28,701 bases of DNA, taken from IMG/VR virus record IMGVR_UViG_3300005286_000050, positions 1 through 28,701 of that record. The stretch is one strand, 5' to 3'. Origin of the DNA: a virus (taxonomy: Duplodnaviria > Caudoviricetes). The notes beneath the pieces are model-generated. The model worked only from the letters and a program-made list of their open reading frames with translations. It searched no databases and was not told where the DNA came from. Below, in pieces: positions 23,776-28,701 of this stretch (the stretch's first letter is position 1; each line of letters begins with the position of its first letter). The translations under genes were made by a program, and so were the position numbers.

Positions 23776-26105
23776 TCGTATTCCTTGAGGTCACGCCGAA
23801 GTGGCCAGCCGATGCAGAGCCGATCCTGGTGTGCTCGGCGGCGGACCCGCGCGCACAGGCATGGGATAACAAGCGGTGGGCAGCCGCGCTGTTCGACCCC
23901 GGCTCCCTAACCGTGTCGTTGTTTAGCGGCGAGATCGGTCAGACCATCGATAGCCGCGCGGCGCCTGTACTTATCGCGGAAGACGAGCTGCTAGCGATGT
24001 TCCCGGAAGCTCTGGACGTTCGCTGGGAATCGGCGGCCTATCGCATGTGGGCGGGAGATTTCGTTCAGGGCGTCTCCCCGGCCTATCTCGACTATGTCCT
24101 GCGGCCGGACGAGCATCTGTCCATTGGCGATCGGTTGACGATCGGCGGCGACCTTTTGAGCATGTCGATGACCATCGATGGGTCGGTCCCGGGCTTGTCG
24201 GTATCGCAGGTCTCGCAGGGCAAGGTGTCACGCTTTGAGAAGGAAGGCGGCTCGATCAGGCTGTCGCTCGACCCGGCTGGCGCTGCCGGCGATACGAAGG
24301 TGCTCAATCGTGAATACGCCGGCACGAGCGGCGCTGAGGGCGGCGAAAGCCTCAAAGGAACGCTGAAGCCTTGGATCTTTGGCCACGCGAAAAACGTCGA
24401 GCCGGTGCTGATCGACGAAGACAATTCGGTCTATCAGTTCTCCGGCTACGGCCCGATCGAAAGCGTCGACGCGCTTTATGAGCGGGGATCCAGCTTCGGC
24501 CCCGCTTTGGGCGACTATGCCAATTATGCGGCGCTGGTTACCGCCACGATCCCGGCAGGCCGTTGGGGCACCTGTTTGGCCAAAGGTTTGGTTCGCCTCG
24601 GCGCGCCGCAATTCGGGGTCATCACCGGCGATGTGAAGGGCGACAACGCTGGGGGCATGGTCCGCCGCCTGCCGGGCGCCATCTTGGAGCGCGTAGCGGC
24701 AGTGCGCGGGATTACTGCGCTCGACACGGAATCGCTCGACGCGCTCGACGAGTTTGCTGCCACCCTTCCCGAGGGCGGCTACATGAACATCGTCCTCACA
24801 GAGCAGATGACCTTCGCGGATCTCGCGCGCCGCATTTGTGCGCCCTACAATGCGCAGGCCGGGTTTTCGCTGATGGGGAACCTCTTCTGCGCGCGCGTCC
24901 AGGTCGGCACCCCTTCGTTCACTATCGACGCGCAGGGGCGCAGTCTGCCGCTCGTCGGCACCTTCGTCGAAGCGGACACCCCGCCACCGTACAAGCGTAT
25001 CGTCATGTCGGGCGACATCTCGTGGCGGGTCCACTCGCTGTCGAACGAGATTGCCTTCTACGCCGACCAAATTGAGCGCGGAGCCTATGACGAAGCCGAG
25101 ACCTATCGGGAAGGCAATATCGTCAGTCTGCCGGATGGGTCGCGCTGGATATATGTCAGCCCTACGGCAACCGCTGGGAACGAGCCGAGCGAGGATAGCG
25201 CCTTTTGGGGACGGATGGGTCCATCGGACAGGCAGACCTTTGAAAGCGAAGAAGAACCGACCGGAGCGAGCGAGGGCGACCTTTGGTTTAAGCCGTCCAC
25301 CGGGGAGATGCGGCGCTGGAACGGCACGGACTGGGGGGATACGCTTGTCGACTTGACCGCGGCCGCACAAATTATCGTGGTCCCGCCTGTTGGGCAAAAG
25401 GTTACGCGCAATTGGGAGGGCACGCCAAAGGCCGGCCAGGTTCCCCGCGTCCTCACGCCGGGCGTCACGCGGGGCGGCGTCGACATTCGCACCGACGACG
25501 ACACGACCTATTCAGTCTCGGCAACGGGCGGCCTCGATGGTCACGTCACCGTGAACAACACGGAAGGCAGCGCCGACAAGGGCAAGATTACGATCGCTGA
25601 CACGATGACAGGTGCAGGCACGATCAACCTCGATGTCGCTTTTAGGGGTGTTTCTCAGGGTTCCTTCCCGATCAAGGTCGAAGTTGCGGATGACGCGCCG
25701 TCGGGCGGCGGTGGCGGATCGGCAGGAACGATATCGACCAGCATCTCTGGAACCTCCCCAACCGCAGTAACCGGCGACCTCAATGTGACAGTCGGTGCGG
25801 GCGGGATCGTCCGCCTCAGTGCATCCTATGAGTTTATCACGGACCAATTTTCCGGCAGCCAGAACATCACCGCGCAGTTTTACGAATGGAACGGGTCGGC
25901 GTTCGTTGCGATCGGCAGCGCGGTCCCGGCAGGCTCACCATACACTCCGGTCATCGGTGAGCCCGGCAGCGGCAGCATATATCTCGAACTGACGAGCCTG
26001 ACGCCGGACGATGCGAAAAAATACCGGCTCTATGCATGGGCAAGCGGCGGCACGACGAGCGCGTCGCGCGCGATGTCCGGCATCGCCAATATCTCGACGG
26101 AGTAG
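23772..26105 (+). CDS. Tail tip/baseplate hub-like protein with C-terminal adhesin-like modules
   Basis: Follows the TMP with an ATGA overlap; YAGTSGAEG..LKGTLKPWIFGHAKNVEPVLID core; later YDEAETYREGNIV...W and EPTGASEGDLWF...RWNGTDW modules and a Ser/Thr/Gly-rich beta C-terminus. Confidence 0.75.
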   Translation: MIVFLEVTPKWPADAEPILVCSAADPRAQAWDNKRWAAALFDPGSLTVSLFSGEIGQTIDSRAAPVLIAEDELLAMFPEALDVRWESAAYRMWAGDFVQGVSPAYLDYVLRPDEHLSIGDRLTIGGDLLSMSMTIDGSVPGLSVSQVSQGKVSRFEKEGGSIRLSLDPAGAAGDTKVLNREYAGTSGAEGGESLKGTLKPWIFGHAKNVEPVLIDEDNSVYQFSGYGPIESVDALYERGSSFGPALGDYANYAALVTATIPAGRWGTCLAKGLVRLGAPQFGVITGDVKGDNAGGMVRRLPGAILERVAAVRGITALDTESLDALDEFAATLPEGGYMNIVLTEQMTFADLARRICAPYNAQAGFSLMGNLFCARVQVGTPSFTIDAQGRSLPLVGTFVEADTPPPYKRIVMSGDISWRVHSLSNEIAFYADQIERGAYDEAETYREGNIVSLPDGSRWIYVSPTATAGNEPSEDSAFWGRMGPSDRQTFESEEEPTGASEGDLWFKPSTGEMRRWNGTDWGDTLVDLTAAAQIIVVPPVGQKVTRNWEGTPKAGQVPRVLTPGVTRGGVDIRTDDDTTYSVSATGGLDGHVTVNNTEGSADKGKITIADTMTGAGTINLDVAFRGVSQGSFPIKVEVADDAPSGGGGGSAGTISTSISGTSPTAVTGDLNVTVGAGGIVRLSASYEFITDQFSGSQNITAQFYEWNGSAFVAIGSAVPAGSPYTPVIGEPGSGSIYLELTSLTPDDAKKYRLYAWASGGTTSASRAMSGIANISTE

Positions 26106-26108
26106 GAA

Positions 26109-26522
26109 ATGACCGCGCAGCGCCATTTTTATTTGATCGATGCGGAGGGGAACCAACTCTTTGGGAGCACTGAAGAGGCGGAGCTGCCCGAGGGGGCGTG
26201 CGAGGTTCCCCGCCTGCCCGGCCCCTTCGAGTGTTGGGACGCTCAGGCATGCGCCTTCACATACGATGCCGAACGACATGCCAATGCGAAGGCTGGCCTA
26301 GCTCACATTAAAGCGATGCACACGCGCAAGGCCATTGAAGCACACCTGATCTCGGCGGGGGTCTCGGCACCCGGAATGATGGTGGTCCGCGAAGCTGCCC
26401 TTCGCGGAATCACGCCCGTGGAACTGGCGGCAATCGTGCGCGCGAAGGCCGCTGAAGCGGAGGAACTCGAACTTGAACGGCAGGCTGCGAGCCTGTCAGG
26501 GCCCATGCAACCGGAGGAATAG
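26109..26522 (+). CDS. Putative tail fibre assembly/chaperone-like protein
   Basis: Lies between tail tip and tailspike; EVPRLPGPFECWD and EAALRGITPVELAAIVRAKA resemble Tfa-like proteins. Confidence 0.5.
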   Translation: MTAQRHFYLIDAEGNQLFGSTEEAELPEGACEVPRLPGPFECWDAQACAFTYDAERHANAKAGLAHIKAMHTRKAIEAHLISAGVSAPGMMVVREAALRGITPVELAAIVRAKAAEAEELELERQAASLSGPMQPEE

Positions 26523-28529
26523 ATGGCCGATATTGACGTATGGAATCTCAGCTCTGTTCCTGACCCCCAACCAGATAGCCGCATCCCCGTTGCCACCGCT
26601 CCTGGCGCAGGAGGGCATATCGAGCTTGGCGAGATCATTGAACTGGGGGCGGTTGCTGTTACGGATGCTCTCGCTTCCACCGACAGCGGCAAGGGCGCGT
26701 CTATGGTCGGCCTCAATGATGGCAACAGCGTCCAGGGATTCGTTGACGCCCTCACCATCTTCCGCCCTGAGCAATACGGGGCTGTCGGCGACGGGGCGAC
26801 CGATGACACTGAGGCCTTTCAGGACCTCGGGGACGCGGTAACGGCCAACGGGGGCGGGCGCATCATCCTCCGGCGCTCGGCAACCTATCGCATCGGCCAA
26901 CAGGAATTCAGCGGGGCCGCCGATGGCGCGTCTTATCGCGACCAGCAGATGCTGCTGATCGAGGACGCAACCGGCCTTGTAATCGAGGGCAACGGCGCAA
27001 CACTCAAGCTCAATGACGGGCTGCATTATGGTTCGTTCGACCCAGTAACGGGCGAGGTGTACGACCCCCCGCCCGGCGGGTTCACGGATGCAAACTACGC
27101 TGCGACGGTCGGGCATATCGTGCGGCTAGTCAATTGCACCAAGGTCCGCATTTTCGACCTGACGATCGACGGCAACCAAGATGAATTGATCGTCGGCGGT
27201 TACTGGGGCGATGTGGACATTCAGCGCCGCGCGAACGGGCTCACGCTGCAGGACGTCAGCGAGGTCGAGATCTCCAACGTCACGTCCAAGAACAACGGGC
27301 TCGACGGCTGCTATATCAAGGGCCGAAACCTCGCCGAGTATGGCGGGGTGCGTGACAACATCAACCTCAACGGCCTGACCCTTGAGAATAACGGGCGGCA
27401 GGGCGCGTCGGTCGTCGGCGGCAAGGGCATCGTCTTTAGCGGCTGTGTCTGCCGACTTACCGGACAGGGCACCATCTACAGCTCGCCGGGCGCCGGGATC
27501 GACCTTGAGCCTAACGGCTCCGATTGGTGCACGGATATCGAGCTCAACAATTGCAAGATCGAGGCGAATAAGGGCGTCGGCCTGATCGCGGATGCCTCAC
27601 ACGCCCGCAACGTGGCGGTAAATTGGTGCGAGTTTTGGGGCGGGTTTGCGACGGGAAGCGGCTCGCCGTTCAACAGCGGCGATGCAATCTGGCTCAACGT
27701 CGAGGGCGTCAAGATCCAGAACAGCATCGTTCACGGCTGCATATCGAACCTGCATGCCTCGGCGCAAATTATCGACACGGCGTTCGATGACGAAGAACAT
27801 GAGGACTATGGGCGCTCGGCTCAGAATCGCGGCTATCTGTTTACGGGGGCCAAAAACCAGTTCTTCCGCACCGAGTTTTCTGTCTCCGGTACGCAGCGCA
27901 TGGTACAGGGGGCGTCGGGCGGCTATTTCAAGGACATCACCCTCAATTACTACGGCTCCCGCACGGACTCGGACTTCATCGCTTCCTTTGCAACGGGGAC
28001 AGTGATCGACGGAGTTAGGGTCAACGAAAGCCTCTCATCGCCTCCCGCCACGGGCTACTACATCAGCGCATCCAACGCGACACTTCGCGGGCAGGTGCAT
28101 GTTGCCGGCCCCTATGTGCGCTGGAACAATGTCAGCACGGTAAACGACCCCCGCGTTGGCGCGATCGCCGAGGATGCCCGCGTCATGCGCGAGCTCCACC
28201 TTTCGGCGGTGAAGGCAGGCGCAGGGGTTCGCCGCATTCGGCTGGGCACGGCCGCGCCGACGACCGACACCTGGGCCCGCGGCGATATCGTAATCAATCA
28301 AAACGCGTCTGCGGGTGGAGCATTTGGCTGGGTTTGCACGACCGCGGGAGCACCGGGAACATGGAATGCGCTTGGCCCGATCGGCCTGGCGAGAGTCGCC
28401 AACGCCTACACGGCCACCAATGTGACAACGGATCGGTCTTTCGATGCCGACACGGTGACAATCGCCGAGCTCGCCGATGTCGTTGGAACGCTGCTCGCGG
28501 ACCTTAAAACCGCGGGGCTCCTGCCATGA
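26523..28529 (+). CDS. Tailspike / right-handed beta-helix (pectate lyase-like) receptor-binding depolymerase
   Basis: GGAGG RBS; LASTDSGKGASMVG neck; PEQYGAVGDGATDDTEAFQ cap; Asn/Gly ladder repeats (IEGNGATLK, IDGN, NNGLDG, NNGRQG, GIDLEPN); C-terminal APTTDTWARGDIV...GWVCTTAG.PGTW. Confidence 0.88.
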   Translation: MADIDVWNLSSVPDPQPDSRIPVATAPGAGGHIELGEIIELGAVAVTDALASTDSGKGASMVGLNDGNSVQGFVDALTIFRPEQYGAVGDGATDDTEAFQDLGDAVTANGGGRIILRRSATYRIGQQEFSGAADGASYRDQQMLLIEDATGLVIEGNGATLKLNDGLHYGSFDPVTGEVYDPPPGGFTDANYAATVGHIVRLVNCTKVRIFDLTIDGNQDELIVGGYWGDVDIQRRANGLTLQDVSEVEISNVTSKNNGLDGCYIKGRNLAEYGGVRDNINLNGLTLENNGRQGASVVGGKGIVFSGCVCRLTGQGTIYSSPGAGIDLEPNGSDWCTDIELNNCKIEANKGVGLIADASHARNVAVNWCEFWGGFATGSGSPFNSGDAIWLNVEGVKIQNSIVHGCISNLHASAQIIDTAFDDEEHEDYGRSAQNRGYLFTGAKNQFFRTEFSVSGTQRMVQGASGGYFKDITLNYYGSRTDSDFIASFATGTVIDGVRVNESLSSPPATGYYISASNATLRGQVHVAGPYVRWNNVSTVNDPRVGAIAEDARVMRELHLSAVKAGAGVRRIRLGTAAPTTDTWARGDIVINQNASAGGAFGWVCTTAGAPGTWNALGPIGLARVANAYTATNVTTDRSFDADTVTIAELADVVGTLLADLKTAGLLP

Positions 28530-28701
28530 CCGTCCCGCCCGTTCTCGACGGAAACGCGGCCCAAGTGCGGGCGATCATCGAACAGACGATCTCCACCGTC
28601 GAGGCGACGCGCGGGAAGCGGTGGGGCAGCGTTCCGGCATGGGCGGCGCTCTTCATCTCCATCGGGGGCATCGCCTTCACCGCTGGATCCCTTAGCGGCG
28701 A
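28526..28701 (+). CDS. Membrane protein, 3'-truncated (possible start of the lysis module)
   Basis: ATGA overlap; hand translation MTVPPVLDGNAAQVRAIIEQTISTVEATRGKRWGSVPAWAALFISIGGIAFTAGSLSG, with one hydrophobic helix, open to the window end. Confidence 0.6.
   Translation, partial: MTVPPVLDGNAAQVRAIIEQTISTVEATRGKRWGSVPAWAALFISIGGIAFTAGSLSG

Larger units (their letters stand above)
1..28701 (+). mobile_element. Lambda-like siphovirus/prophage segment (replication, DNA modification, packaging, head and tail modules); both ends lie outside the window
   Basis: Unbroken co-directional gene order terS-terL(GpA)-gpW-portal-S49 protease-scaffold-decoration-MCP-head/tail joining-tail tube-chaperone-tape measure-tail tip-tailspike, preceded by replication genes. 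No host housekeeping genes. Confidence 0.97.

Noticed and set aside
6842-28529. Gene transfer agent cluster
   Set aside because: The GpA-type terminase, lambda-type capsid, 1519-aa TMP and linked replication genes fit a true phage, not an RcGTA-like cluster.
1-28701. CRISPR array, tRNA/rRNA, IS element, integrase/att site, reverse transcriptase or DGR repeat pair
   Set aside because: None seen by eye. Intergenic gaps are short and no long repeated segment was noticed; a self-dot-plot and tRNAscan would confirm.

Overview
This window is a 28.7 kb slice of a GC-rich, lambda-like siphovirus or prophage, with every supported gene on the + strand. The gene families suggest an alphaproteobacterial host, possibly a sphingomonad (inference). 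No integrase, att site or host gene is visible, so free phage and prophage cannot be told apart. Positions 1-6692 hold a translationally coupled early/middle operon: RuvC-like resolvase (5'-truncated), large C5-cytosine methyltransferase, PAPS-reductase/PP-loop protein, two HTH proteins, T5orf172/GIY-YIG protein, replication initiator with an internal origin-like repeat cluster, a partner protein, small ORFs and a putative late activator/antiterminator. A sigma70-like promoter at about 6742-6770 precedes the late operon: terminase small and large (GpA type), gpW, portal, S49 protease, scaffold, decoration protein, major capsid protein, head-tail proteins, tail tube, tail chaperone with a -1 frameshift, DUF6441-like protein, tape measure protein with an embedded M15-type peptidase, tail tip/hub, chaperone-like protein, beta-helix tailspike and a truncated membrane protein. 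The best leads are (1) a methyltransferase with six tandem TRD-like repeats coupled to a Cys-rich PP-loop enzyme, possibly a DNA-modification module, (2) a possible GafA/GafYZ-like late control circuit with a terminator in front of the capsid gene, (3) tmRNA-tag-like motifs and (4) an apparently minimal, reordered tail module. All family assignments come from reading motifs by eye; no searches were run.
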